DNA of 64,000 nt, filler included, from Choristocarpus tenellus KU-1152 (taxonomy: Eukaryota > Protista > Phaeophyceae), in the NCBI GenBank assembly GCA_964200185.2. It is 14 parts of 14 records of this genome, joined end to end, with 100 filler letters (N's around TTAATTAATTAA, not from the genome) between each part and the next. Parts side by side here need not be neighbours in the genome. Positions count along the whole stretch, not along the records: positions 21,189 to 25,709 come from CAXNAD020014179.1; positions 25,810 to 28,813 come from CAXNAD020023004.1; positions 28,914 to 33,478 come from CAXNAD020013994.1; positions 33,579 to 36,572 come from CAXNAD020023059.1; positions 36,673 to 39,456 come from CAXNAD020024793.1; 9 more parts are not named here. One strand, 5' to 3'. Shown here in pieces: positions 23,401-37,612 of the stretch (positions are counted from its first letter, which is position 1; every line of letters starts with the position of its first letter). Both the position numbers and the translations under genes were made by a program. Below the pieces are notes generated by a model. That model was not told the DNA's origin and did not search any database. It saw only the letters and a list, made by a program, of their open reading frames with translations.

Positions 23401-26400
23401 CAGACTTCTTGGACCTTTGCAAAAGCAATATACAGAAGTAGACCTTTGTCAGGTCAGGTAGGGAGCTGAGCCAGTGTTCGATAGTACCCCTGTTTGGAAC
23501 ACCACATCAACAATGCGGAAGTCCCTGTCCACTAACAGGTTGCCATGCCCATGGGATGCCCATTCCCTTGGAGAGTTGGCATAGGGGTCTCAACACAGGT
23601 GGGTTTTAGCGTACCTACCCTCTCGTCCTAGGGCAGGTATGGGCATTTCGGCTGTTGATAATGTGCGTCATGTACTGGGGTACGTGACACTTCTTAAATA
23701 CGCCCAACTATGTAGATACATACGGTTGTGTATATTACCTTTCCTAAACAAAGGAATAAATCGCGATATGCGACTTGTTTATATCGTTTGTTGGAGTCGA
23801 AGTATTTGATTTCCCCTTCAATCTTCCATCTTATCAGAAAGAGAGTCAATACACCTAAAAGTGGAAAGAAAGGGCATCGACAGAGAGCCCTCCCCTTTCA
23901 GAGGAGAGGGTTCGGGGAAACAACATTGCCGTTGGGATATTGGAACTGGCCGGGCCTCCTACGGCTTGAATAGAGAAGCCGAGCAGCATGGACCCTGTTG
24001 AGGGGGGGCAAGGAGATGAGTTTTTGGTTGAGGATCAACATGTCGTGGAGCCTATCGATGGCTTTGAGGGGGCGCATAGCCCTGGACGTGGCGAATCGTT
24101 CGGATCAACGAAAATCAAACTGGGTCTTGAAAAGATCGATCTTGGTGAGAATACCTGTTATCTTTGGCATTGATCCATAGAGTTTATATTCCTGTTGAAT
24201 ATTGATCGGGGTGTAACTGGCAGGACCTTCAACGTCGCAGGCCAGCGTGCGGATGCTATAGGAGTATGAAAGAGGAAGGTAGAGGAGGACGATTATTTGT
24301 AGATGAAGAATTTTCATATGGTTGACAACCCGATTGTCTTGTAGCTCATATCACGCCGATGCAGGCTACTCAAACTGAATACAATTTGAGTGGGACCCAA
24401 GACTCAACTTCGTCCCCCACATAGAACACCATCTTCTCGATCAAAACGTGTGTCGGTACATTTGATAAGTAGAAAGAGAAATGCTTGCTATCAAGACCTA
24501 CTTGTTGTTGGCGTGCTCTGGACGCTGCAGGTTCATCTGTCCAATCCTACAATGATGATGGCATCCTTTCTTCTTCTTTGGTCCAGATGCTGTTGTTCTC
24601 TTCCTCGAGAGATAGTTGTATGTGTATGTATGTGTAAATGTCATAGAGTTGAATACAAAACTTGACAGTGCAGGTTGCAAATAGGATGTTTGTGAGTGAT
24701 ACAGTGCTGACCTCAAACTAGTTCTTGTCCAATTCCATTGCTGCGTTAGCGATGTGCCAGTGTCGAAAAGAGCATCCATCCAACTGGTTCCAGTAACTAG
24801 TCACACATTTAAGAGAAATGAGCTGGGTAATTGTGGTTTTGCGACACCTGTGTCGCTGTGCGTCTGCCGCAAACAATCTAAATGGGGTTAGGTCCATTAA
24901 CCTTTGTAACCCTTTTCGACCTGGTTGTCTATCACTGGTTTTGTCCCACCTGCTTAGTGTTGGCATTTGTGCAGCAACACACAAGTATGCAGGGTGACAT
25001 TCTTCTGAGGTTGCTGAGTTGTCAAGTTTAAACTCACCACAGAGAAGTCTTGCTTCATACATAGGCAACATATCTTGTCTCCACATTCTCAGGCATCTTA
25101 ATGGAGAGGGCAAACTGCCTAAATGTCGTCATGCCCCTTGTAAATTGCACAATCCCCAGAGGTATGAGACCATTCCCTCTTCGTTAGCGGACCATGCCAT
25201 ACACAGCTTGTGCCTCAAAGAAACGATTCTTTTGTCATCTTGTCCCTGACTCCCCCATCTGTACCTTGCATCCCTCAAGCAGGGAATGCCCCCCCACCGC
25301 CTGGCCCATATACTCCCATGACGGCAGATCCTTCCTCTCCCATGGTAGATGTGCTGAACTTCTCGCTTGGTTCAGGATGGAGGTCGGGTTCAAGACTAGG
25401 ACTGGAACACAGAATTGAGTATAGGGCAGAGGAGCAGGCGATGAGGCAGGTGGATGGGGAGATGGAGCGCCTGCCCTTGGCACAAGGAGCAAGAATTGGG
25501 ATGGGGATGGGCTGTACTGAACCTAGGGTGATACCTCAGCCCACGGCACAAGTTCCTGCACGACATCATGGTGCGGGCGCTGTGGCTGCGATGGGAGGGA
25601 GAGGGGAGAGGTTGTCTCCCGTGGTGAGTGGCAGCAGTGTGTGGGGTGGGGGGGGCAGCGTGATGTGTTGTGCAAGTGTTGTCAGTGGAGCCTGAAGGTT
25701 GCATTTTGTNNNNNNNNNNNNNNNNNNNNNNNNNNNNNNNNNNNNNNNNNNNNTTAATTAATTAANNNNNNNNNNNNNNNNNNNNNNNNNNNNNNNNNNN
25801 NNNNNNNNNCGTTTTCGCAAAACAACCATCCTCATAGTCCCGCGCCATCCTCAATTTTGAGGATCCCCTGTTAAGTATAAAGGTGCATTGTACATATTGC
25901 ACATATTACTGAAAGATTGGTTCAGGTCCATAACGAGGGACAGAGAGAATCATTGCCTAAAACAAACAAAGCTTTGTTGTGTGAGAGCAAGTCATCTCGG
26001 CTACTGTCCGTTCTTCCAACGAACTCTAGTTCCTCGTAATTGAGTCATTTCTGTTCATTCATCCTCGATCGAGAGATCTCTAGCTTGGGAAAGAGACAAG
26101 TACAAGGAGTCCAGACTGGTTGGTCGCATAGACAATTATATTAGTATTAATTGTTGCATAATAAGCTAATAGGTCCCCTGCAGTCGCTTATGTGACCAGC
26201 GTCTACCCTTTCATTCTCCATGACAATTCCCTCGTGGTAAGGACAGTACCAAGCATTGCATGTTCTCCCTCAAACTTGGAGAAGAGGACATCTAGCCTAG
26301 GCATCTCCAAGGACACGCTTCTTGCGTACTGAGGTTGGAAAAAAGGGGATCGGCCTAACTGAGGGGTTTGAGGGACCGGACCTCTCCCCTGTGTTCCACA

Positions 26401-27030
26401 CATACATATAATGTGTGTAACCTGCACAGGAAGAGAACATTTGACTCAAACAATCTGCTGACAACCTGACACAACCTACTCCATACATCATGTGTGCTGG
26501 AGCTGAGCCCAAACCTCACCCTCTCTTAATTCTGGATATATGTATGCACTACGTACATTCATGATGATGATAACCAGCAGGGAGACAAGCAACAATGGGT
26601 TGTCTTAAGAGAAGAAATTCTTCCAGGGTCAATGGTGATGATCAGAGTGTAATTATTACTTGGAAGTATTACAATTATTATCGTTAATATATGAATGTTA
26701 TATCAAATATAAACAAGTTGTTTGACTACTCTCTAAACGGTTGGTGCCAGTCCTCATAATATATCTATCATATGCTTAGCGAAAGCTTCTACTTTGAAGT
26801 AGTAGCAAAGTACAGCACGGGTGTACAAGGCAATGGTCTTCTTAATACTACCATTAGTATTAGTTTAAAAAATCCACTTCTATGTGGGTTACGGTATATA
26901 ACCCTCTAAGATCTAGTCTACTGCAACACTCAATTTTGAAACCCACTACCTACTTCATAGAATATATGGACTTAAATAAGTCCCCTCCGATTCTTCTGCT
27001 GTAGATCATCCACGACTTCCTTCTAATAAA

Positions 27031-27217
27031 GGTTCAAAGTATCTGGGGGGGGTGGCGGCTGTCCATTCGGGGCCCATTTTTTCATGTCGCATTTTTGGGG
27101 TCATTTGGTTGCATGTGTCGGATGGATAGTGTAAGTACACTTTTTCTGGTCAGGGTCCAAACGGACACCCTGGTGTAGACCCCTCCCCCCCCTCCTACCC
27201 CCCAGATACTTTGAGCA
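27031..27217 (+). mobile_element. MITE family A, complete copy (~187 bp)
   Basis: TIRs TCAAAGTATCTGGGGGG ... CCCCCCAGATACTTTGA, with subterminal inverted GTCCATTCGG / CCAAACGGAC. Confidence 0.9.
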
Positions 27218-28913
27218 AGAACGAGTTCGTCTTCCAACATACGATTCCGTAGATGGAATGTGTATCAATCTTAAGAAGACAAAAAAAAAATAGGAGTTAA
27301 GACAACCCTAGTCACCAACTCCTGTTTTTGATATGAAAAAGGTTTATGACAGCCTATCGTATGACTGGTAATTGTTTATAACCTTCACCTCAGTATTCAT
27401 GTTCCCATATCATAATATGATTCTTGGCATACAGGAGTATGTGTGGACTGGATGGGTCGTGATTGTATTCTGCCTGTGACCTAGAGTTGCAACTCCACGA
27501 AACCATATTAAGGCAAAGCAATTAGTGACCAGAGATAGTCCAAAATCCTCGTGCTGCTCTGGCCCTTAAGAGTTCCATGGCAATTGGTGCAGATGGGGAA
27601 GAACTCGACTCTAAGCCATCAATTCCCATGCAAAAAAATTAGGTGACTGCATACATCGTAACTATTTGTAGGAGTTCACTAATAAACCATACTGTTGAGT
27701 CTAGGCTAGGGGATACGAAGCTTCAATGTGCTAATCGAACACCTTGCGAAGTCCTAGTGTATTGACGTATCCCTAAATCAAGCAGAGTTGATTACCGAGG
27801 AGAAACCTGAACCCTGTTGCCTATCTTAAATACCTCTATTTCATTCAGGCATCGATCAATACACGAGTGTTAGTGCAGCATCAAGTCAGCGCATACTCTT
27901 GTAGTCACAACTTTTCTCTGTAAAGTATGACCTAACATGCCCACAACCTTAGATTCCTCAAGCAAGTACATGAAATGTTTCCTCTGTTCGTAGGTCTGTC
28001 CAAAATTGACAACACAACCTCTCACCAGATACTGCTTATTCTCTCTTGTTCATGGACAAAGAGAAGCCATCGACCCCTCTGCCAAGGTTACTAACCTTTC
28101 TGTTGTGGGATACTGACTTGTCTGGGTCACTGCTGAAGCAAACTGTTTACAAGTCACAGCCGTCTTGTGAGATATTGATGAGCAGGACGAAGTTAGCCTT
28201 CATCCTACATGTATCTCAATGTATTCAATCATATTAGCCTTGGCTACTGGTACATCATAAATGGTGTCTGCCAAACTGGATGACCAAAAAAATCCATGTT
28301 CCTGTATTTCGTCATTGACTTCGGTAATAATCTCATTTCATAATTTCAATATTTTACTCTGACAAGGGTTCAATCACAGCCAGTTATCCACACTACATTG
28401 GTTCCTGATTAAAGCTCTGGTCCTGCATGGCACAGCAGAGTATTTCTTGTGATCTCCCTTACAACCTGTCAACTATCGGTTGATCGTTCAATCCCTAACA
28501 CTCTGCACATGTGACAAAAAGGCAAACTTTCTGCTCCATCCACCTTCCTCTTCTGGAAATGCTACCTGATCAGCAAGTTGGCACTTGAACAGCTGTTGAT
28601 CGAACTGTCAGTTGTTTCTGTACCTGCACACACGGTGGTTAGTAGGAAGCTTGACCCTTCAAGTGAATAACAGCGGATCATGATAATGGCGGATGGATTA
28701 TTTTATGGAGGATGGGTTTGACCGAAATGGTGTGCGGAAAGTGCCCATTTTTTTTTTGTAAATGTCCTAAAACCTTTTTAGGGCCCTTTTTTGAATGGAA
28801 ATCCATGACAAGCNNNNNNNNNNNNNNNNNNNNNNNNNNNNNNNNNNNNNNNNNNNNTTAATTAATTAANNNNNNNNNNNNNNNNNNNNNNNNNNNNNNN
28901 NNNNNNNNNNNNN

Positions 28914-30684
28914 TATCATCCCCAACTTTGAGCACCCCGCTCTCCACACGTCCCGTCACCACCGTTCCACGTCCTGGAATAGAAAACACATCTTCCACTG
29001 GCATCAAGAAAGGCTTATCCAAGGCTAGGCACATCCGAGCACATCCGAGCACATCCGAGCACATCCATCCATCACCAAGGAGTAAGGTGAATGAGGTTAG
29101 AGGAGAGACACACAAAAGTTTGAGAGTATGAGATTACAATCAGGACTTGAAATGGTGTTCACTGCCGGTGGTAAAGGTCCTGCAATATCAACAGGTGATT
29201 GATCGGGGTCTTCTGTTGGAGATGTACACGCTTGAAACAGCAACATACAACTTAGTTTCCCCATCTCAACACATTGAAATCATCATACTCGCTGCGCACA
29301 CTCATGGAGGGGGAAAGTGGGGTGAGGCTGGGGAGGGGGAGGGGGAAACCTAGAATTGGGGGTAACAGGTGGGGCTGCACTGAGACTCAATAACTGCTTC
29401 TATCTCCCATCTCAAGGTATGCATTACACCAAACCCTTGGAAAGAGTATAGTTCACACAGTTGATAAGCAGGCCTTCTATTGGTCAATTGCAAGGGTGTG
29501 TGGTAAAATAGTACTAGTTTGCAGCTACTGTACCTTATGACACACAGCTCTATGCACTCTCAACCGATGACATACTCCAAAACCCAAACGCACACCTCTA
29601 CCTACCCTACCCTACCCTACCCCTACAACTTTCAAAAGTCCAATCTCCTGCAATATTTATCTGCACAAGAAAACGTCAGAATTCACTCTTCAGTGTTCCC
29701 ACCGTACAGCAACAGACTAACCAACTCAGTAACACACTTCACCCTGACAACACAATAATGAAGAGATAAGACACCTACCCAACAACGGAGGGGTAACTAT
29801 GCCAAAGGAAGAATCCTCTCATCAACAGCAACCAAGAACTGGAAGTTTACATCACAACAATACTCAACAGTAACATCAACAGTCACGACATGTCAGGCGA
29901 CAAAAGCCCATAAATTCAACAGTCCCCCCTCATCTACATCCTTGCAACAACGCCTTCCCCAAAATTGGAAAACACACTCACAACAAGCACACACAAACAC
30001 AGCATAAACCAGATTGCCCCTGCACCGAGACCAAAACTATAGTCGTGCCGCCAAGCCCTAACTCTAAGGAGCCTCCCTCCCACCAACCACATATTGAGGG
30101 TATCGGCAGTTCAGTAGTATGTTACAGGGTATAGTATACACCATCATACCGTTTGATAAGATCTCTACACGGTACCCTGCTCCCTCCCTAACCCTTGCCA
30201 ATAAACGGGTACACTTGTTATCAAAACTTACTTGGTCGGCGCTAGCTACTACTACAACAAATGTACGCTCGTGGGAAACGCTCAGTACAATAGGAAACCC
30301 CGACGACTCGCCACCTGAACAGGAAAACAACAGACCAATCAGGTGATAACACCGCAAGACCACGGTAGGAGAGACAGTTACTTAGACAGGGAACCCATTC
30401 CCATAGCATCTCCCTTTTGCTGTGCAGTACACTACAGTAACAACCCCCGCCCTCCCCCCTTGGACAACAAAACATCTGTCCAAAAAGCGAACAAATCTGT
30501 TTCCCTTCTCTTCTTCCACACCTCGCTCTGGTGTAGGTATGTGATTGTCCACGGCTTCCATGAGCTCCAGAATGGCATTCTCTCCGATTTCTGGATCCCT
30601 TCCCTCCACCGCAGATAGAGCCGACCCCTTCACCATGGGGATGTCATCTCCATCAAACTTGTAAAATGACAGCAGCTCTCGGAT
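28914..30684 (-). CDS. tufM: Nuclear-encoded elongation factor Tu (probably mitochondrial), internal exons 30684-30522 and 29024-28914
   Basis: Spliced: [91 protein letters not shown], joined by a phase-1 GT-AG intron. Confidence 0.93.
29031..29067. repeat. 10-bp tandem repeat (ACATCCGAGC) x~3.6 next to the EF-Tu splice acceptor
   Basis: Seen directly. Confidence 0.85.
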
Positions 30685-31503
30685 CTGAAAAGTTCATTCC
30701 GGAGTGACCAGGTGGGAAGAGAGGGGTGTCATCCAGGGGAGTCAGGGGTGGGCGAGGGGGATAGAATAGGTACTTGTTTCACAGTATTAATAGGAAGGCG
30801 TTTCAGCCACTGCCAAAAAAAAAAGGTATGTACCTCCTCTGCATGGGGACACCCAGCCAACGCATTGTACACTACAGTATCTCAAAGAAACTAATACAAC
30901 CAGTGCAGACTCAGGACAACAAAACACTCGGATGACACAACACTTATAGCAACAATGACACAACAGATCAGTCTCTTACAACAGGTGTTACATACAGAAA
31001 ACAAACATTCCCCAACACTGTTTTGTGAACCACGCTATCAGGCGTTACGCTAAAAATGGCACCACAGACACTAAACAACAAACAACTCCAAGTACTCTCT
31101 GAGACAACAGATGCGGACTTGACGGCCCCAGACAGCATTGTCTCTTGACTCTTGATAACAGACGTACCAAAAAAGATAGCCTCGAACATCTCCCCAAGGG
31201 TCACCCTTGACCACGGATGTTAGACAGGCAGTGTAACTGCCACTGCTCCCAAGTAAGTGGAACAGTGTAATGCCTGGTAATATAATAATAATAATGATAA
31301 TAATAATAATGCGTACACATATGAAACTCAAGCTCTTCAATGGAATTGAAACAAAACACGAAACTCCTTTGTCATGCTTTTCCGTTTGTGTCTGGAGCAT
31401 ACTACACCCAAAGTCAAGCGAGATATTTTTCACAATGACAGAACACCCTCAGGACCTTAATGTGCCAGTGCAGCCAACCTTTCCCTGTACAAGCACAGTC
31501 CTT

Positions 31504-31549
<46 letters not shown>

Positions 31550-32970
31550 CTTGTCCTATCTACCCTTTATTTCACCATCAACAAGGGAACCATCTAAGAA
31601 ACTTCAACGTTGACGGTGAACCACTAAGCACGTAACTGTAAGAAAACAAAGATAAAACGTTCGTATCACAGACTCATTACTCTGGCATCCAAACACAGTG
31701 AACTCATACACAGCACCAAACAGACTATACCATGTTTCCGTTGTTTCAAATGAAACTACTTTCAGAATCGATTCTCCATTAAAAACTCGATCAGTAGACA
31801 ACATAACATAACATAACACAACACAACACTGTATACCACTGTCATTTCATCCCCTCGCTGAGAAAAAATCCATACCAAAAGCAGAAGGAAGTAGTGCACA
31901 TCATCTAAATAGTATGTGTTAACAATCAACACTACAACCAAGGACAAGCAACGACAGAGAGTCAGTGTAGCCAGAAGAGTGCCCAGTCTCTGCTGAGGGG
32001 GATCATCCACACATAATGTATTCCTCTGTATCGGCAGGTATCTCAACTAATAAACATAAACAATAGCGTATGGCACAGAGTTTTACCCTGCACAACCAAC
32101 AGGATACACAAATGACCCCTGAACGTCCTTGTCCTTTAGCAAACCGGCTGTATCATTATAACAGAAAATAATAAAAAAAAATGTTCCCAGCATTTCCACG
32201 GCAACAGACAACGTTACAGACCAAATTGGTCCCAACTCCATCCTGGCCAACAGTAACCACGGTCCAAATCTGACAAAGTTTTCTAAAACAATGGAAGCGT
32301 TAAGGGTAATGCCGTCCCGGGTGTGAAACTGCGCAGAAAGCATGGCAGTAGCAATTAAACAATTCCACACGTGAATTAAACTGGAACACGCCTTCCATCC
32401 CCTTCGTGTCCTCATCTTGACCCAGCTCACTCAGGGCTTTCACCAGGAGAGTATAATCCATTTCAACAAGCAGTCTTCATATATTTCGTCCTTACATCAG
32501 CAAGATCGTTTGTCCCCCATGCGCAGGCTAGGAATAATGAATATCTCCCCACTGACTCAGCCTCTGTTCTGAACTTTTACAACGTATACATACATACATA
32601 TATACATACATACACCTCCTCCATCAGACTACTCATTCCTGGATTGGAGCACACATAGGCCTTCCATCCCTCAACAAAAACTAATTTAGAGCTTGTATTC
32701 GTATTAAACTAATACCCTTTCAAATATACTCTCATTAAAAAAACAAAAATAACACTGCCAAACAACACATTACAAAACCGGCTACTGAAGGATACAGGGC
32801 TCTGACCCTTACCTACACACACAGCCCCCCCCCCCCCCCCAACAAAGGTTTAAACAGCACCTAAGGATAAGAGAAAGGGCAGGGGGGAAGGAAGGGAATA
32901 AATTGGGCCTTTCCAAGCAGTGCCAACAAATCAAAACCTCCCATATGCACACTGTGTATCAACTCCTATC

Positions 32971-33234
32971 GAGTGAAAGGATCTTAGGGTTAGGGTACGA
33001 GTTTTGCCCTGTTTGTCCATTTGGGGCTTGGCTTCCCATGTGGGTTTTTTTTACATTTTTCCACTCCAAAATGTTTAGGGTTAGGGTAAAATGTGTACGC
33101 TATGAAAAGGTGTGTCTGGAACAAGGATACTGACACTTCCTAACAAACATGGTAGCCAGAATTACAAAAAAATCGCAGCATTGAATTTTGGTCCCCAAAT
33201 GGACGCAGTCCTACCCTCTAAGATACTTTGGTGA
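32971..33234 (-). mobile_element. MITE family B, full length, reverse orientation
   Basis: GAGTGAAAGGATCTTAGGGTTAGGGTACGAG ... CTACCCTCTAAGATACTTTGG. Confidence 0.88.
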
Positions 33235-33802
33235 AATATTTCACCAAAGAGCCTTCAGAAACTCAGATCAGATACAAGTAGAATTTTCTACACCATGCTT
33301 CAGCAATACCACTTGGTTGCAGCAACAGCATACACAGCCTCACAGGGAGTCAAAAATCTCACCCATACCAAGAGTCAAGAAGTGAACATTCAGGGTTTGG
33401 GTTGTGGGGTTTCATGGACATTGAACTGCAACCATCAGAATGCAGGGAGAGGGTTTCTGCAGGGGGGGAGGGGAAGGGNNNNNNNNNNNNNNNNNNNNNN
33501 NNNNNNNNNNNNNNNNNNNNNNTTAATTAATTAANNNNNNNNNNNNNNNNNNNNNNNNNNNNNNNNNNNNNNNNNNNNTTTTTCCCCCCCCCCCCCCCCC
33601 CCTCTTCCTCCTATTTTGTCATTTTTTTAAGAGTGGATTCTCTTTAGCCCCTCCTCTCTCCATCAGAATAGTAGTGTATCCCTTAAATTTAGACCTATTG
33701 TTTCAATACCACGAACAAGAACAAGACCATCACAGTCCCCCCCTGCCCCCCACCCCCTGCCCTCCCGCCCATCCTTGATTCTCTCTTGTATCCTTGGTGC
33801 AG

Positions 33803-35035
33803 ACGGATGAGGCGGCACTGAAGTGGCAGGCAGCAGCAGCTGCTCTGGGGCCCTCACAGCGTCAGTCAAAGTTCCTCAGACTGTTAGGGGCAAAAGATGC
33901 CACTGCTGCAACTGTGGAGGGCACATTACAGCAGCAAGGATCTGAGGAGACAGCCGGGGGAGGCGATGAAATGCCTAATGAAGGAGGAGAAAATGTTCAT
34001 TCAAAGGTATACCTTGGATGTTGGTAGTAATTTCTATATTTCTAGGGTTATGGGGGGTAGCACAGGCGTAGATGATGAGGCGGTTGCTCACCTGAATGTT
34101 GCAATGTGAAATCTTCATGAGTTTCTGTTGATCGCTCTGATAGTGTTGCAGGGAGAATAGTCCAACACAAGATAGTGTACTACTATGTAGTAGCTCGTCT
34201 TTTTCATCTCTGTCCTTGTTTCTAGAACCTGCTTCAACCCTAAGATGACAAGAAGTGCCCACAGTCGTTTTTTGGTTCCTTATTCTTCTTATAATCTCAA
34301 GTAGATCTCTTGAATATCATCTAAATTATACTGCAAAACCTTGGAGGAAGATGCCATTGTTTTGCTTGTTCCGAGTGCTGATGATGAAAGTTGCTATAAT
34401 TTTGCCCACTCTTTTTAAGAAGAGCAACAAAACATGTGGAGATCCTGGTACCTCTTCTCATCCCGAGTGGTCCTGGGTCCCAGCAAAACTGACCTAGACC
34501 AAATGGTGATTGTGATGCGATCATCGTGAGGTTTGTTGGATTCGCATGAACTGTCAACTTGAGAGCTGTCGCTTACTCCCATTTGAAGGATGCACATCAA
34601 GGGTTTTGCTGTGTCAGTGGAGCTCTTATGTAGTATTAAAAGTGCAGATGCTGTATCCAATCTAACATGTTATGTTTGGAGACCAGGAAAAGATGGAAGG
34701 CCCTTCAGGAGTATTTTTTGTTCTGCCTGAGGCACTAGGCGATCAAATTGCTTTTTTGGTGTTTTTTAAGAATATGAATTTCCCCCGTTCTCACTATCCA
34801 CAGGTTCTTCAGACCTTTCAATAACAATGCCTATATTTCAGAATTTGAGTCTCCTCTGCTCCAACCCATCCCACTTCTTGAGGTTACCCAACAATGCATT
34901 CGCTACCCCTTCCCACACACACACACACACACTCAACCTACCTACTCCATACAGGTGCTCACAGACCTGGAGATTCAGTACCAGAAGGCTCATCGTGCAC
35001 ACTATTGGGGCCGAAGTCGTGGACTTGGAACTTGA
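33803..35035 (+). CDS. Small acidic protein (SMAP)-domain protein, last two exons 33803-34006 and 34955-35035
   Basis: KWQAAAAALGPSQRQSKFLRLLGAK ... VLTDLEIQYQKAHRAHYWGRSRGLGT* fits the SMAP pattern (W..A.LG...RQ.KFLRLMG.K...DLE.Q...GLG). Confidence 0.8.
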
Positions 35036-37329
35036 AGCTGCAACCCCCCTACCACTTTACCCTGTAGGAAAAGAACTCACATCTGCACTTGTGTGGCTCA
35101 TGGGACACTGATAAGGGACTCTCGTTTGCAGGGAAAGCAAATGGTATGCAATTCCTCCTACCATACCCTGCCCAGTCCTTTTCCCCCTGCCTTGCCAAGA
35201 GGACATGCCCAGAAGATGTTAGATCTGTTGTGTGGTCTTGCTAGAGCAGGGAGGTATGTGCATTGATCGATATGTTGCATTTGTAGCTAATTGTATCCCT
35301 ACCTGTTTGACCTTCGGCTCATGCATCTAAGCATGGATGGGCCTATAGAGGGTGAAGTAGGTACCACAGAGAGATGAGGGAAGGGGGAGTGAGGCAATCC
35401 CCTTTTGGCATGTACTGGGTTCTGTGTTTTGGATGGATGATGCTTGTCCTATGAAGAGATGAGACCCATTGATTGAGATAAATGCACAGGCTAGTATCAT
35501 TCTTCATGTGCACCTAGCACATGGGGAAAAGGGGAGTGTTTGGTGGGCTACAACAGACATCTAGCATTTGCTATGCTCACAAGGTCAGGTGTCTAAAGAA
35601 TACTACCATGGGTATTGTTTCTTATGGAATTCCCCAGGTGCATGTTGCATAGAAGATCATGGGCTGGGTAGTATGTTCGCTGTAAGATATAGTGGAGTAT
35701 AATATGAAGCTGACAAAAAGGGGGCTTGGTGGTGACCACAATACCAGATCCAGTTTAAAAAATATATATATGATTATTGAATACAAAGGAGAGATACCTC
35801 TTGCTTGTCATGAAATTTTACCCAATTGTCCAATGATGATCTAGTTTTGTTGATTCACAGTCACATCTTCTTACCCTGTTGACCGAGCTGTACATAGATT
35901 GATCCTTGGGCTGCTAGGCTGTATGCTGTTTCTGTTCAGCAGCTTATGTCGGAAGACATCACCTAGATTAGTTCTGTTGGCACATATTTCTCAGACTTGC
36001 ACATCTGGCAGGGGTCATGTCTCCTCTTTCTGCATGTTGCCTAATTGCTTCTTAATCTGGTCTCCCTCCTGGGGTCCAACCTTGTGTTGGAAAAACCCTT
36101 GTCACAACCCAGTGACATTGTGACTGCCTACATTCATCCATCCATGCATATGCAAAGATATTTCAAAGTAATTCATGTATACTCTGGATTATGCCATTGT
36201 CACTGCATCACTTACAGAGTGTGTGTGACGCAATGAACAGGAAATCAAATGGAGGTTACGATTTTATTATCTATTACGTGTATTACATCAAATGTAGAAA
36301 ATGGAAAGCAAGGAGTGGCATATCCAGGAAAAAATTCTTGCTGTAATTAATACTCCCTTTGGATACAAGAAAATGAGCAATTGTTGCTTTCCCTCCAATT
36401 CCTTCACTATGCGCATTACCACGCCTGGAGACAAGATCCATTCTAATGCAACCTACGGATGATCCCCCTCAAATTTAGAGAGATGTGCCAACACATCTCT
36501 GCTACTATCCATTGTCAGCCCCCCCCCCTCCCCCCCATCCCCCTCCACTACTTCCCCCCAACCAACCCCACANNNNNNNNNNNNNNNNNNNNNNNNNNNN
36601 NNNNNNNNNNNNNNNNTTAATTAATTAANNNNNNNNNNNNNNNNNNNNNNNNNNNNNNNNNNNNNNNNNNNNCTCTCCCCCACCCCCCCTCCCTTCTTTC
36701 CGGCTCGGGGGGGGGGGGGGGGGGGGGTTGTCTTATTTATTTTTATTTCTAAACACATCAAAGAGTTGATTGAAAATATCGAGGCGTTTCTCCAAGTCGA
36801 TGAAGGATTGAATCGTCCCGTCCGCCTGCCGAACTGATCTTGTAATTATATGCCATTTCCGGGTCCATGAGTACTGTACCAGTTCAGGTCCACCGGCCGG
36901 ACCAGGTCTAACATTCTCAGAGGCATCTGGACCATGTCCATGGGCTGGTCTAAATATTTTCTGGCATGTTGCCACCATGCCCACTACATGCCGTACTTGT
37001 CCAACTAATGGATTTGTTTGTCCAGCCAGTCGCACACAAAGTGAACATGGTGTGCGTAAGTGTTGGAGGTTCATATGTGTGTCGGTTACAGATGGTGCTC
37101 TTTCTGACCATCTATGGGCTTTCTTGGTTCGTTTAATGTCAGGAGCTGTGTGTGTGCGTGTGTACGTGCGTGCGTGGGAATGATTTAACTTGTTGCGCTT
37201 TTGATGATGTGCATTGATGTTACATCTTTAGTCTACATTATTGAAATAGGAAGTAGCCTATTACTATATGGTTATTTAGTGTTTGCAGTAGTAGGAATAG
37301 GGTACAAGATACTACTGGAGTGGATGGTG

Positions 37330-37612
37330 AGTGGGAATCCATGGGAATGTCATGGCCAGCCCCGACATCAAACAAAACATTACCTGGCCGGCCATGGTTA
37401 AAACGTGCTAGCATTACGGAGTCCCATGGCCGTTGCTACTTCAACATTACTGGGGTCATTGCAAAGTCGGCTGGTCGAGTGCAAGGGGCTTTGAACATGA
37501 CTGAGTCCGTGGCCGTCACTTCTCAACATGCCCTGTGCAACCAAGTTCAAATATGACCGAGTCCGTGGCCATCAACTGCCTCAACATGGCCGGCCCACCA
37601 TAGGTCGGCCCT
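37330..37612. repeat. GC-rich degenerate tandem repeat with CCATGG/GGCCGGCC motifs
   Basis: A(C/T)ATGAC(T/C)GAGTCCGTGGCC...CTCAACATG at ~37495 and ~37550, with a weaker copy at ~37415. A related stretch lies at 36860-36985. Confidence 0.55.
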
